From positions 2,615 to 66,614 of the forward strand of contig JAKOQC010000187.1 in assembly GCA_029778565.1 (NCBI GenBank): a DNA stretch of 64,000 nt. Direction: 5' to 3'. Below are positions 37,462 to 47,207 of this stretch, in pieces (the stretch's first letter is position 1; each line of letters begins with the position of its first letter). The notes below the pieces were generated by a model that saw nothing but the letters and a program-made list of their open reading frames with translations, was not told the origin of the DNA and ran no database searches. The translations under genes were made by a program, and so were the position numbers. The stretch comes from a bacterium. Lineage in GTDB: Bacteria > Patescibacteriota > Saccharimonadia > CAILAD01 > BJGX01.

Positions 37462-38808
37462 ATGAAAACCCCTCATTCTGATGAAGAAATAATTGTGGAC
37501 GGTATTCGTTATAATGTTGCTAACGGTAAGGTAATAGAAGATCAGAATGTGCGTCAACAGGGGCGTGGTCTAGACAGTATACACAAGCAACAGGTTAGTG
37601 TTTCGTCTGCTAGACAAAATGGGCCAGTTAGGCTTACTGATAGAGCTGCAATTATTGATTTGCCACAACGTAGACGCAAAAAAACACAGCGAGCTAAAAA
37701 GGCTATCTCCGTAGATGCGACCGGGCCAAGTTATGCTAATTACTTTGTCAGCGCACTTTTGCCTCGTAGTTTTTCGTCAGCAGCTTGGATATTTAGTGTG
37801 TTACGGGGAATATCTAGTCCGCTCGCCTGGTTACTAATTGCATTACCAATTTTTATCTTACAGACCCAAAATCTTGTTAATGAAAACATCAATCAACTCC
37901 TAGACCGCACTCATCAATTAACCCAAAATGGGGTGGTTTTTCATGCAACCGGGGCCATTATTTTTGCAGTGGTAGTATCGGCCGTTATTCTATTTGTTCG
38001 TGTTGTTTGTAATGCAATCGCACTCCATTTACGTATTACAACGCTTTCTGGTAAGCCAGCACGATTATGGCCAGCCACTAAGTTAGTTTTTCATAATAGT
38101 CTCAAGATGTTATTTCATGGCAGTATACAGATCTTATTGCTCAGCCTGGTTAGTTTACTAGCACTGATAAGTATTTTCTGGGCAGTGTTTATACCACATG
38201 GTCACACACTGACTGTTTTTTCTCCATATATCGTAGGAATGATTGTTTTTGTTTGGATAGCAATACTGTGTTTGCTTCATGCTAAGCACTGGTTACAGTC
38301 TGCAATACTCAGTAGTAGTTTACAGACTAAGTCAATTCAGCAACGAAGTTGGCAAGCGGTAACAGCTTATCCACTACGAGGCGGAATTCTTGCTGCAAGT
38401 AGTGTATTATTATCTTTCGGTATTATTGTTTATGGTGTATGGGCAGCACTCAAAGCTATTAATTGGCTAAGTCGAGCTACTGTACCTTCGAATACTCGAT
38501 TTATTTTATTGATGAGTAGTATATTTATTGGGGTAGTACTGGTGGGGTATATTCAGCAAACTCTCTGGAGCGCCTACGCCAGTTGGCTAAATACGCGCTA
38601 CACTCCAAGCTTATTTGTTTTAGCGACAGAGTCAAACATTAAGAAAACTACCTGGTGGCCTATATGGGTATCAACCTATCTTTTTGTTATGTTACTTTCT
38701 CTCTTTGCGTTGGGTATATTATTTGTTTTACCCACAATTAATGTCTGGGCAGTAACACTTTCTCAGAAAATACCGACCAAGATTGAAATTCCGCGGGTGA
38801 ATAGATAA
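37462..38808 (+). CDS. hypothetical polytopic membrane protein (R/Q-rich cytoplasmic N-terminus, about 10 TM helices)
   Basis: No recognised family. Directly downstream of crtB. Confidence 0.5.
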   Translation: MKTPHSDEEIIVDGIRYNVANGKVIEDQNVRQQGRGLDSIHKQQVSVSSARQNGPVRLTDRAAIIDLPQRRRKKTQRAKKAISVDATGPSYANYFVSALLPRSFSSAAWIFSVLRGISSPLAWLLIALPIFILQTQNLVNENINQLLDRTHQLTQNGVVFHATGAIIFAVVVSAVILFVRVVCNAIALHLRITTLSGKPARLWPATKLVFHNSLKMLFHGSIQILLLSLVSLLALISIFWAVFIPHGHTLTVFSPYIVGMIVFVWIAILCLLHAKHWLQSAILSSSLQTKSIQQRSWQAVTAYPLRGGILAASSVLLSFGIIVYGVWAALKAINWLSRATVPSNTRFILLMSSIFIGVVLVGYIQQTLWSAYASWLNTRYTPSLFVLATESNIKKTTWWPIWVSTYLFVMLLSLFALGILFVLPTINVWAVTLSQKIPTKIEIPRVNR

Positions 38809-38825
38809 CGAATAGAAAAATTGGG

Positions 38826-38855
38826 TTGACAAATAAGGACTATTTAGGCTACAAT
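38826..38855 (+). promoter_or_regulatory. putative promoter TTGACA-N18-TACAAT for secE-nusG-rplK-rplA
   Basis: Hexamers read directly in the 120-nt spacer. Confidence 0.3.
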
Positions 38856-38928
38856 AACAGGGTAGAAAGCCACCGAACACCGGGCTTTTTTAAATTACAC
38901 GCAATTTCTTGATATAATATAAACAAGT

Positions 38929-39117
38929 ATGAAAAAGTTTACCGATTATTTAACTGCGTCTTGGGCAGAACTTCGTAAAGTAGTTTGGCCTAGTCGCAAG
39001 CAAGCTATCCAGCTGACAGGTGCTGTTATTATTGGCGCTTTCTTAATCGGTATATACCTTACAGTATTCGGGTATATTTATCAGTCTATATTGCAAAAAT
39101 TGTTATTTAAATCATAA
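38929..39117 (+). CDS. secE: preprotein translocase SecE
   Basis: 62 aa, single TM helix, upstream of nusG. Confidence 0.8.
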   Translation: MKKFTDYLTASWAELRKVVWPSRKQAIQLTGAVIIGAFLIGIYLTVFGYIYQSILQKLLFKS

Positions 39118-39133
39118 AGAACAAAGGGACCCC

Positions 39134-39673
39134 ATGAAAAGCTCAAACAAGCAAGCAAATTGGTATGTTATTCACACCTACTCAGGCTATGAAGACCAAG
39201 TTGCTGATCAACTAAAACAGCGTATCGAGTCGATGGATATGCAAGATAAGATTTTTAGTATTACCGTACCAAAAGAAAAGCAAATAGAAATTAAAAATGG
39301 TAAGCGTCGTACCGTAGAGCGCAAAATCTTTCCAGGTTACATCTTAGTAGAAATGATTGTTACCGAAGATAGTTGGTTCGTAGTGCGTAACACTCCTAAC
39401 GTAACCGGCTTTGTTGGTACCTCTACAACTCCGTCGCCACTAAGCGATGAAGAAGTAGCAGCTATCCAGAAACGTATGGGTATAGAAGAGCCTAAGTTTA
39501 GTATCGACTTTTCTATTGGAGAATTGGTAAATATTACCGATGGACCATTTAAGGGCTTTGATGGTACCGTTAACGAAATAGATGAGCAAAAAGGTAAGAT
39601 TAAGGTGTTGGTGAGTATGTTTGGCCGTGAAACCCCTGTAGAACTCGACTCACTTCAAGTAAACAAATTGTAA
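39134..39673 (+). CDS. nusG: transcription termination/antitermination factor NusG
   Basis: NGN domain (WYVIHTYSGYEDQV) and KOW (GELVNITDGPFKGFDGTV). Confidence 0.9.
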   Translation: MKSSNKQANWYVIHTYSGYEDQVADQLKQRIESMDMQDKIFSITVPKEKQIEIKNGKRRTVERKIFPGYILVEMIVTEDSWFVVRNTPNVTGFVGTSTTPSPLSDEEVAAIQKRMGIEEPKFSIDFSIGELVNITDGPFKGFDGTVNEIDEQKGKIKVLVSMFGRETPVELDSLQVNKL

Positions 39674-39681
39674 TAATAACA

Positions 39682-39752
39682 CGTGGGACCCGCTTAAAAA
39701 TGCCGGGGCTAGTACCACAAAGGAGATAATTATGGCAGAAGCAAAAAAAGCA
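39682..39752 (+). repeat. leader repeat 1 (about 71 nt; includes SD and first 7 codons of rplK)
   Basis: CGTGGGACCCGCTTAAAAATGCCGGGGCTAGTACCACAAAGGAGATAATTATGGCAGAAGCAAAAAAAGC. Confidence 0.75.
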
Positions 39753-40166
39753 ATCGCAAAAGTAAAGATGGTATTACCAGGTGGAGGTGCAACACCTGCG
39801 CCACCAGTTGGCTCTAACTTGGGTCAACACGGGGTAAACATGATGGATTTTATTAATCCATTTAATGAGCAAACTCAAGATAGAAAAGGTCAACCAACAC
39901 CAGTATTGGTAACAATTTACGAAGATAAGTCGATGACCTTTGTTATTAAAGGTACCCCTGCAAAAGTACTTATTAAAGAAGCCCTAAAGCTGAAAAAAGG
40001 TTCTGGTGTACCGAATAAAGAAAAGGTCGGTAAACTAACCGATGCACAACTTACCCAAATTGCCGAAGCAAAAATGGCCGATCTTAATGCCAACGACATT
40101 GAAGCCGCCAAGAAGATCATTGCTGGCACCGCTCGTGCGATGGGTGTAGAAGTAGAGAAAAAATAA
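39732..40166 (+). CDS. rplK: 50S ribosomal protein L11
   Basis: 144 aa; PGGGATPAPPVGSNLGQHGVN. Confidence 0.9.
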   Translation: MAEAKKAIAKVKMVLPGGGATPAPPVGSNLGQHGVNMMDFINPFNEQTQDRKGQPTPVLVTIYEDKSMTFVIKGTPAKVLIKEALKLKKGSGVPNKEKVGKLTDAQLTQIAEAKMADLNANDIEAAKKIIAGTARAMGVEVEKK

Positions 40167-40175
40167 TCTAACAAG

Positions 40176-40246
40176 CGTGGGACCCTCCTAAAAAGGTTGG
40201 GGTTAGTACCACAAAGGAGATAGTTATGGCAGAAGCAAAAAAAGCT
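40176..40246 (+). repeat. leader repeat 2 (about 71 nt; includes SD and first 7 codons of rplA)
   Basis: CGTGGGACCCTCCTAAAAAGGTTGGGGTTAGTACCACAAAGGAGATAGTTATGGCAGAAGCAAAAAAAGC. About 85% identical to repeat 1. Confidence 0.75.
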
Positions 40247-41167
40247 AAAACCGAAGAAGTAGCTGAAAAAGCTGAAGACAAAAAAGTTATAGCAAAGTCA
40301 AAAGTTAAACCAACCGAGGTATTGGCCAAGGCTGGCAAACGCAGTAAAAAAGTGCAAGAAGCAGAAGCAGAAAAAGCAGCCAAAGAAGCAAAAAAGGCTG
40401 AAGGTAAAGTAAAAACTGCTGCCGAAGCCGAAAAACCAAAGCCAGTACAAAAACCTCACGTGGTACGGTACAGCAAGAATCAAAAAGCTGCTCGTGAGCT
40501 ATTAGAAAAAGATAAACTCTATTCTCTTAACGAAGCTGTAGAGCTATTACCAAAGCTTTCTAAAGTAAAATTTGACGCCACTGCTGAGTTGCACGCAACG
40601 CTTAACATTGACCCTAAACAAGCCGACCAAATGGTACGGGCTGCTGCTGCTCTGCCAGCAGGTACTGGTAAGACTGTACGCGTTGCCGTACTGGCCGGCG
40701 ATAAAGATTCTGCCGACGCTAAAAAAGCTGGTGCCGATATAAGCGATGCCGCTGAGCTACTCAGTGCTATTAGTAAAGGCAAATTCGACTTTGATATTTT
40801 AGTAGCCACACCAGAAAAAATGCCAGAACTTGGTCGCTATGCTAAAACTCTCGGACCAAAAGGCTTAATGCCATCACCAAAAAGCAATACAGTTACCGCC
40901 AAGCCGGCCGAAGTAATTGCCGAAATTAAAAAAGGTCGAGTAGAGCTGAAGAATGATCCGAACGGAATTGTACATGTAAGCTTTGGTAAACTAAGTTTTT
41001 CTAGCAAAGACTTGCTTGCCAATCTTAAATCTGTTTTGGCAGCCTTGCAAAATGCTCGCCCAACCGGTGTAAAAGGTGTCTATATTAAATCTCTCTTCGT
41101 TACTTCATCTATGAGTCCATCAATTAAACTTGATGTTACTGAGGCTATTAAAGAAGCCAAAAGCTAA
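40226..41167 (+). CDS. rplA: 50S ribosomal protein L1 with about 80-aa K/A/E-rich N-terminal extension
   Basis: 313 aa. The L1 core begins near ...ARELLEKDKLYSLNEAVELLPKL. The N-terminus is low-complexity (AEKAEDKKVIAKSKVKPTE...). Confidence 0.85.
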   Translation: MAEAKKAKTEEVAEKAEDKKVIAKSKVKPTEVLAKAGKRSKKVQEAEAEKAAKEAKKAEGKVKTAAEAEKPKPVQKPHVVRYSKNQKAARELLEKDKLYSLNEAVELLPKLSKVKFDATAELHATLNIDPKQADQMVRAAAALPAGTGKTVRVAVLAGDKDSADAKKAGADISDAAELLSAISKGKFDFDILVATPEKMPELGRYAKTLGPKGLMPSPKSNTVTAKPAEVIAEIKKGRVELKNDPNGIVHVSFGKLSFSSKDLLANLKSVLAALQNARPTGVKGVYIKSLFVTSSMSPSIKLDVTEAIKEAKS

Positions 41168-41187
41168 GAGTAAAAATAATACAAAAA

Positions 41188-41218
41188 AACAGCCCAATCT
41201 TTGGGGCTGTTTTTTTGT
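41188..41218 (+). terminator. rho-independent terminator after rplA
   Basis: ACAGCCC-aatcttt-GGGGCTGT plus T7. Confidence 0.55.
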
Positions 41219-41286
41219 TATGCTTGGTAGTTACTTGTTTTGTTTGCTAAGCTAGTAAAGACCTCGTACCTTACCAAGGAGCCAAA

Positions 41287-41904
41287 ATGGCTATCGAAGC
41301 AGGAATTTTTAGTAATGGTTCATGTTTTGATCAACGATATATTCCAGATTTTGAACAGCTAGCAAGACTTGTTGCACATATGAAAGGTATTGGCCTTAGA
41401 ATTGTTCTTACATCAGGGTCGTTCGACTTCTTTCATCTTGGTCACGCCTTTTATCTAGAGAAGGCACGGGAACAGGGTGATGTGTTGATCGTTGGTGTTG
41501 ATAGTGATGCAAAAATCGCCCGCAAGAAGGGACCAAATCGGCCACTATATCCTCAGGATGAGCGTTTGCAAATTCTTGTTCGTCAACGATCTGTTGATAT
41601 TGTTACTCTTAAAGAAGCTACTGACGAAAAATGGGTATTGATTAAAACGCTTAAGCCTGATGTTTTGGTTGCTACACAAGAAACATACACCGATGCTGAG
41701 ATAGAAGAACTTCAGCAATATTGTGGCGAGGTAAAGGTTTTGGAGCCTCAAGCCCAAACTTCTACTAGTAAGCGACTGCGAGATCTTAATCTGGAGCTTG
41801 CGAGTGACATTGGTGAGCGTCTTGCAGAGCGAATCCCTGGCTTGCTCCAAGAAGTCCTCGACGAGGCAGTTGGCCGTCATGACAAGCCAAAGGTGAATCC
41901 ATGA
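41287..41904 (+). CDS. cytidylyltransferase-like nucleotidyltransferase (RfaE domain II / TagD family, HxGH)
   Basis: GSFDFFHLGH motif and IVGVDSDAKIARKKGPNRPLYPQDER. Confidence 0.6.
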   Translation: MAIEAGIFSNGSCFDQRYIPDFEQLARLVAHMKGIGLRIVLTSGSFDFFHLGHAFYLEKAREQGDVLIVGVDSDAKIARKKGPNRPLYPQDERLQILVRQRSVDIVTLKEATDEKWVLIKTLKPDVLVATQETYTDAEIEELQQYCGEVKVLEPQAQTSTSKRLRDLNLELASDIGERLAERIPGLLQEVLDEAVGRHDKPKVNP

Positions 41905-42740
41905 GTACTGTATTGGTTCTATATATGCCAGTTATTCATGAAACCTACCTAGAGTTAATTGATAGCCAACGTTGGGATGAGATATTTATTATCGAAAATA
42001 GTTTGGCAATTGAGCTTGTAGATAGTCTCCGCAAAGACCTTCGTGCTCTTAATGCAGAGACAGTAAAGTCGATATTGGTCCGTCGCGATGGTGCTCGACC
42101 TGCATTTGTAGTGTCTGGGGCCACGGCAATTTTTGATCAATCGACACAATTTGTTTTGCCCGATGAAGATGTAAGTCATGCTTTTGCAAAGAGATTTTTA
42201 CATGGCAGAGAAGTAGAGTTTAGAAATGTGTTTTTGCGATACGATAGAAAACGAACTACCGAACCGTTTGAGCCAAACCCAGATGAGGTTATCACAACCG
42301 ATCAGTTTGCTCGAGACATGATAGCTCGTTGTGATGAACTGGCAACCAAAAGCCCCGACTGGTGGCGTCAAATTGGTGGTCTTATTGTTAAAGAAGGCAA
42401 GATCATAGAAGAGCTACAAATGTTTAACGAGGCCAAACCGTTTGGTATGGTACCATACGAACTTGGTGATCCACGTAGTAACTTTAAGAAGGGTCTTCAT
42501 CCAGACTTGACCCTGGTATTGCATGTCGAACAGGGCCTGGTAAGTGAGGCTGCCCGACTGGGGATTGCTCTCGAAGGCGCGGATCTCTATGTGAGTACTT
42601 TTCCGTGCCCTTGGTGCGCCACAGCTGTGGCCTATAGTGGTATTGGTAGAGTCTATTACCGTGATGGCTATGCTATGCTCGATGGAGAAGAGATTCTCAA
42701 GAGCAACGGTGTCGAGCTCATTCGCGTTGTGGAGCCATAA
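41901..42740 (+). CDS. CMP/dCMP-deaminase-domain protein with about 140-aa unassigned N-terminal domain
   Basis: The C-terminal half carries the zinc motifs HVEQ and PCPWC. 4-nt overlap with the upstream gene. Confidence 0.6.
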   Translation: MSTVLVLYMPVIHETYLELIDSQRWDEIFIIENSLAIELVDSLRKDLRALNAETVKSILVRRDGARPAFVVSGATAIFDQSTQFVLPDEDVSHAFAKRFLHGREVEFRNVFLRYDRKRTTEPFEPNPDEVITTDQFARDMIARCDELATKSPDWWRQIGGLIVKEGKIIEELQMFNEAKPFGMVPYELGDPRSNFKKGLHPDLTLVLHVEQGLVSEAARLGIALEGADLYVSTFPCPWCATAVAYSGIGRVYYRDGYAMLDGEEILKSNGVELIRVVEP

Positions 42741-42751
42741 AAATACCCCGA

Positions 42752-43735
42752 TCAATCGAATTGATCGGGGCTTTTGTTATCTTGAGGTACAGAACTCATT
42801 TTGAATCTAACTGGTGTGTGATTGGGATTATCGACATCACCAACTTTAATGTGCGCATGCAGATGTGCAACGCTGCCACCAGTGCGGCTCATGTCGCCAA
42901 AACGCATACCAAGGGCACCATAGTCTAGGCCGTAACTATGTATTACCCAAGAAATCATCAGTCCAAAGTCGGTTTTGGCGGCTAGACTAAGTTCATCGAA
43001 ATTTTCAACATGACTTTTTGGAATAAGCAGTAAATCTTCAATAGTGCCCTTATAAGGGTTATCATTTTTAGTTACTATCCAGTGTGGTGATTGATTTGCA
43101 ATTGGGTTCTGATGGTACCAAGCCAGCCACTGTGGACAGAAAGGGCAGATACCATCATTCAGAATCTCTTCCATATACCCGGCTTGGTTGTCGAACCGGG
43201 CAGCTGGTAAGTATAGGAGCGGCGGTGAGGGTGGATATTCACTTGCCGGGCTGTAACGTAGAAATACATACTCCAGACCACTTACGTCATCTTTTTGGAT
43301 ATTACCAGCTTCTGTAACAATCCAGTCGCTGGGCGAAGTAAACGGAAAAACGGCATCACCGTTTTCAATATGAGTATTTACCAGAGTTAGCTCAATAGCG
43401 TCTACCACACCAGCATCAAATGCTGCCTGGTAGATTTGCTGCCCACCAATAATGAAAATCGGTTTGTTCCAGTCAGAGGCAACTTCAAGTGCTTTCTCGA
43501 AGTTACTGACCGTCCAAACATCTTCTGGTGCTGTAGCAAGAGAACTTGAGACCACAATATTTACTCTATTAGGCAAAGGTTTGCCAATACTTTCATAGGT
43601 CTTGCGACCCATAATAACAACATTACCAGTCGTTAACTCTTTAAACCTCTTAAGATCGGCAGGTATATGCCAAGGAATCTGTCCGTCTTTACCGATTACG
43701 CGATTACGGCTGCGGGCCGCGATTACGGTAATCAT
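42752..43735 (-). CDS. folA: dihydrofolate reductase fused to a C-terminal HIT (histidine-triad) domain
   Basis: Residues 1-160 form a typical DHFR (MITVIAARSRNRVIGKDGQIPWHIPADLKRFKELT...). Residues 170-327 carry CPFC and the triad HLHAHI. Confidence 0.75.
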   Translation of the reverse strand: MITVIAARSRNRVIGKDGQIPWHIPADLKRFKELTTGNVVIMGRKTYESIGKPLPNRVNIVVSSSLATAPEDVWTVSNFEKALEVASDWNKPIFIIGGQQIYQAAFDAGVVDAIELTLVNTHIENGDAVFPFTSPSDWIVTEAGNIQKDDVSGLEYVFLRYSPASEYPPSPPLLYLPAARFDNQAGYMEEILNDGICPFCPQWLAWYHQNPIANQSPHWIVTKNDNPYKGTIEDLLLIPKSHVENFDELSLAAKTDFGLMISWVIHSYGLDYGALGMRFGDMSRTGGSVAHLHAHIKVGDVDNPNHTPVRFKMSSVPQDNKSPDQFD

Positions 43736-44691
43736 GGCAACACCGGAATTTCGCTAATTGGCTCATGCGGATCATAATCGGAGAGTACAAACAGCTCTCC
43801 ATGTAGTTTATGAATCGCATCGGAATCGTGTGGCACAGGTGGGCTCCATTCGAAGACATCGGGGCCGAAATGTATAGTCGGTAAACGTCGAGGTTCGCGC
43901 TCTAACATCTGCTCGACATACTTCATTTGCCCTTCGTAAATATGTGCATCGACGATGTAGTGAATATATTCGCCTGGCTCGAAGCCAGTAATATCACAAA
44001 GCAGTAGCATGAGAGCAGCATATTGCACCAAGTTAGATGGCACACCAATCGGCACATCACCGCTACGTTGCTTCATGTGCAGATTGAGCTTGCCATTGAG
44101 AATTCGCACTTGCACCCAGCCATGACACGGGGCAATAGTAGCTTTGTTAACTCTACCAGAATCACGCGCTAGCCCAGCACTATGCCAGGGGCTAACCACA
44201 TGTGTTCTGTCATTTGGAAATTCACTAATTTGCTGTACTAAATGGGCAAACTGATTATATGGGGTACCATCAAAGTCTGGCCAATCATGAAACATTGGTC
44301 CATAACTGGCAGGACCAATATCACCGGTGGGCAAGCCACGCTTGCTGCACTTGGCCTCGGTACCCCAATCACCCCACCAGGTAACACCCCAGCGTTCGAA
44401 ATCTTCGATGGTATGTACACCATTTATCATAGCGCCAAGCTCGTTGATAGCTTTGCGCCAAAAAGCAATTTTACGTTCGGTAATAAGTGGAAATCCATCA
44501 CGCAAAATATCAAAGCGCATTTGTACACCAAGCAGTGTTTTAGCACGCTCACCTTGGCGGGTAACCTCGCTCCACTGACCTCGATCCATAATTGCTGCTA
44601 AGACATCTCTGTATTGTGTATTTGGTTCACGTTCTTCATAGGGCAAATAATCGAGCTTTAGGTATCCCATGCAAGAAACCCTTTCTGTCAA
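43732..44691 (-). CDS. thyA: thymidylate synthase ThyA-family enzyme (divergent, 319 aa)
   Basis: Catalytic APCH. QRSGDVPIGVPSNLVQYA corresponds to QRSCDVFLGLPFNIASYA in E. coli ThyA, with the Asn retained. DAHIY. Several insertions. 4-nt overlap with folA. Confidence 0.75.
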   Translation of the reverse strand: MTERVSCMGYLKLDYLPYEEREPNTQYRDVLAAIMDRGQWSEVTRQGERAKTLLGVQMRFDILRDGFPLITERKIAFWRKAINELGAMINGVHTIEDFERWGVTWWGDWGTEAKCSKRGLPTGDIGPASYGPMFHDWPDFDGTPYNQFAHLVQQISEFPNDRTHVVSPWHSAGLARDSGRVNKATIAPCHGWVQVRILNGKLNLHMKQRSGDVPIGVPSNLVQYAALMLLLCDITGFEPGEYIHYIVDAHIYEGQMKYVEQMLEREPRRLPTIHFGPDVFEWSPPVPHDSDAIHKLHGELFVLSDYDPHEPISEIPVLP

Positions 44692-44786
44692 AGACCACCT
44701 CTGTAGGTCTGCTCGATTGTACTATATAGACCACAAACCTGTAAAGTGATAGAATTGTGCCAGCACCTACTAAAATGTGAGGGAAC

Positions 44787-45269
44787 ATGACCGATACTCA
44801 AATAGTTCCAGTGGTCTCGTGGGATGAAATTCAAAAATTCTTGCCAAGAATTCAAATGGGTGTAAGTGGTGAAGCAATAATGCCGGTTTTCGTACAAGAT
44901 CTTACATTGAGCTTTGATCTAGATAGACAAGAATTTGTACTAAGTCGGGATAGGTTTGGTTATTTGCCGGCTGATGAAGTTCGTCGTAATGACATTCATC
45001 AGCTTGAAGTAGGATTAACAAAATTTCTGATTCAGTATTACCAAGGCGAGCTCGAAGCTGCTGTACGGGCTGCAACATATCAAATGTTTTTGCAGCTTTG
45101 TAAGCAGATTCCTTACCCTCAAGGCTGCCAATGTGGAAATTATCCCCATGGCCAGGCACTCGACTGTCACGTGCATATGGATAATCCGTGCCACTTCTTT
45201 GGCGACTTCAACTTCACCTGCACCTGCGACGAGCAGAAAGAGGCCAAAAATGCCGCACATTCATCCTGA
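44787..45269 (+). CDS. hypothetical protein with C-terminal Cys/His cluster
   Basis: 160 aa with C-x-C...C-H-x-H...C-H...C-x-C near the C-terminus. No family recognised. Confidence 0.4.
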   Translation: MTDTQIVPVVSWDEIQKFLPRIQMGVSGEAIMPVFVQDLTLSFDLDRQEFVLSRDRFGYLPADEVRRNDIHQLEVGLTKFLIQYYQGELEAAVRAATYQMFLQLCKQIPYPQGCQCGNYPHGQALDCHVHMDNPCHFFGDFNFTCTCDEQKEAKNAAHSS

Positions 45270-45747
45270 GCTTGATTTTTGCGCCGTAACTTACATTGTG
45301 AATGATAACAAAGTGTTGCTATGTCATCACATCAAACTTGGGGTCTGGGTTCCGCCAGGTGGGCATGTTGAACCTGGTGAAACCATTGATGCTGCCCGTG
45401 ACCGAGAAATCAAAGAAGAGACTGGGCTCGATGTCACCATCATCGGGCCAAAACCAGGCTTTGTAATTGCAGGTATGGAGTCGCTAGTGGCACCGCGTTA
45501 CACTGATGTGCACCCAATTGCTTGCGAGTTTCCTAATCACCGCCACCAGGCATTTGTGTACTTTGGCACAGTCGATGTGCGTAACGAAGTTTTGCAAGAA
45601 GACGAGCACCATGAACTACGCTGGTTTTCTATGCACGATCTCGAGCGCTATCATGACCCAGAAGCGCCGATTCCAGACAATGTTTCTTGGTATGCAAGCG
45701 TTGCCCTCGAAGAGCTGGGGTACCATGGGGCGACGAGGATTTTTTAG
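45250..45747 (+). CDS. NUDIX hydrolase
   Basis: Nudix box GGHVEPGETIDAARDREIKEETGL. Start taken at MPHIHPE (45250). Confidence 0.75.
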   Translation: MPHIHPELDFCAVTYIVNDNKVLLCHHIKLGVWVPPGGHVEPGETIDAARDREIKEETGLDVTIIGPKPGFVIAGMESLVAPRYTDVHPIACEFPNHRHQAFVYFGTVDVRNEVLQEDEHHELRWFSMHDLERYHDPEAPIPDNVSWYASVALEELGYHGATRIF

Positions 45748-45787
45748 CCAGATAGGCAACTATCTGGTTTTTTTATATAATAAAGCT

Positions 45788-47023
45788 ATGAATCAAATTC
45801 AAAAACTTACGGACACCGAAAACGAGCGGCAAAAAAGTACTCTAAATTTAATTGCGTCAGAAAATTATCCAAGCCCCAAGGCTTTGACTCTCCTTGGCTC
45901 TATTTGGAATGATAAGTATGCCGAGGGTTATCCTGGTAAACGCTATTACGCAGGTAATGTAAATGCCGACAGTCTCGAAGAATTTGTTCAGGCTAAGGCA
46001 CTAGAAGTGTTTAATGCCCGAGAAGATTATGGTGTAAATGTACAGGTACTCTCTGGTAGTCCTGCGAATGCAATGGTGTATTTTACTGTTTTAGAACCTG
46101 GTGATACAGTACTTAGCCTTAATTTGAATAGTGGTGGACATCTTAGTCATCTGCATACCACTAGCAGCTACGTAAAATTCTTTAAGCACTTTACCTATAG
46201 CTTGCGTGGAGGTAAGTTACACGAAGCTGAGTTCGAACAAGCCCTAAAAGAGCATAAACCGCGTTTGGTAGTGATTGGTTATAGTAGCTATCCAGCCCAA
46301 TACGAATTTACACGACTGTGCCAGTTGGCTCATGCATATGGGGCGCTTGTTTTGGCCGACATTAGCCATATCGCTGGGCTCGTAGCTGCCGGTCAGCACT
46401 CTTCGCCATTTCATAGTGGTGCTAGCGGAGCAGATTTTGTAACTACTACTACTCACAAAACTTTGCGAGGACCTCGTTCTGCACTAGTGTTTGCCAAAAA
46501 AGAGTATATGCCAGCAGTAAATAAAACTGTATTTCCCGGAACAAGTGGGGGTCCGCACCTTAATCAAATAGCTGCAGTTGGCCAGAGTCTACTAGAGGTA
46601 TTGGGCGAGGAAACTTATCCCGATAAAACCCCATTTAATGAATATATACAAGATGTTTTAAAAAATGCCAAAGCCCTCGAGTCTGGACTGAAACAGGCTG
46701 GTGTGCATGTAACTATACCGACTGCAACCCACTTGGTATTGGCTAAATTACCAGAAGAAGTAGATAGCCTTACCTTGCAAAACGATCTCGAAGAGGTGGG
46801 AATTATTACTAATCGCAATGCAATACCTGGTGATGAAAAATCTCCCTGGCGACCAGGCGGTCTGCGACTTGGTAGTGCTGCACTTACTTCTAGAGGAATG
46901 AAGCATGATGACTTTTTAATGCTTGGTGAAGCTATAGGGAGCTTTATTATGGGTAAAAAAGATAAGGCAGAACTTAGCATTGTTACAAAAGACCTACAGA
47001 AAAGCCTGAAGTGGTATTATTAA
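45788..47023 (+). CDS. glyA: serine hydroxymethyltransferase
   Basis: 411 aa; YAEGYPGKRYYAG and TTTTHKTLRGPR (PLP lysine). Start at 45788. Confidence 0.9.
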   Translation: MNQIQKLTDTENERQKSTLNLIASENYPSPKALTLLGSIWNDKYAEGYPGKRYYAGNVNADSLEEFVQAKALEVFNAREDYGVNVQVLSGSPANAMVYFTVLEPGDTVLSLNLNSGGHLSHLHTTSSYVKFFKHFTYSLRGGKLHEAEFEQALKEHKPRLVVIGYSSYPAQYEFTRLCQLAHAYGALVLADISHIAGLVAAGQHSSPFHSGASGADFVTTTTHKTLRGPRSALVFAKKEYMPAVNKTVFPGTSGGPHLNQIAAVGQSLLEVLGEETYPDKTPFNEYIQDVLKNAKALESGLKQAGVHVTIPTATHLVLAKLPEEVDSLTLQNDLEEVGIITNRNAIPGDEKSPWRPGGLRLGSAALTSRGMKHDDFLMLGEAIGSFIMGKKDKAELSIVTKDLQKSLKWYY

Positions 47024-47207
47024 TTGAATAATACCCCAAAAGCTGCTATAAATAAGATTGCACCTTTAGTATAAACACACAGAGGAGAGTGCAATGCAGT
47101 GGAGATACATGTGGAAAGAAGTTGTCTGCGATCTCTTTGCTGGTGAATGGAAGTTGTGGAGTTGGCGATAAGCCACGTCACGAATTCGGCTCACGAGGGA
47201 GGAGTTA

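Noticed and set aside
44238-44601. Plus- and minus-strand ORFs (61-119 aa) inside thyA
   Set aside because: They overlap a gene that has catalytic-motif support. The products are low-complexity.
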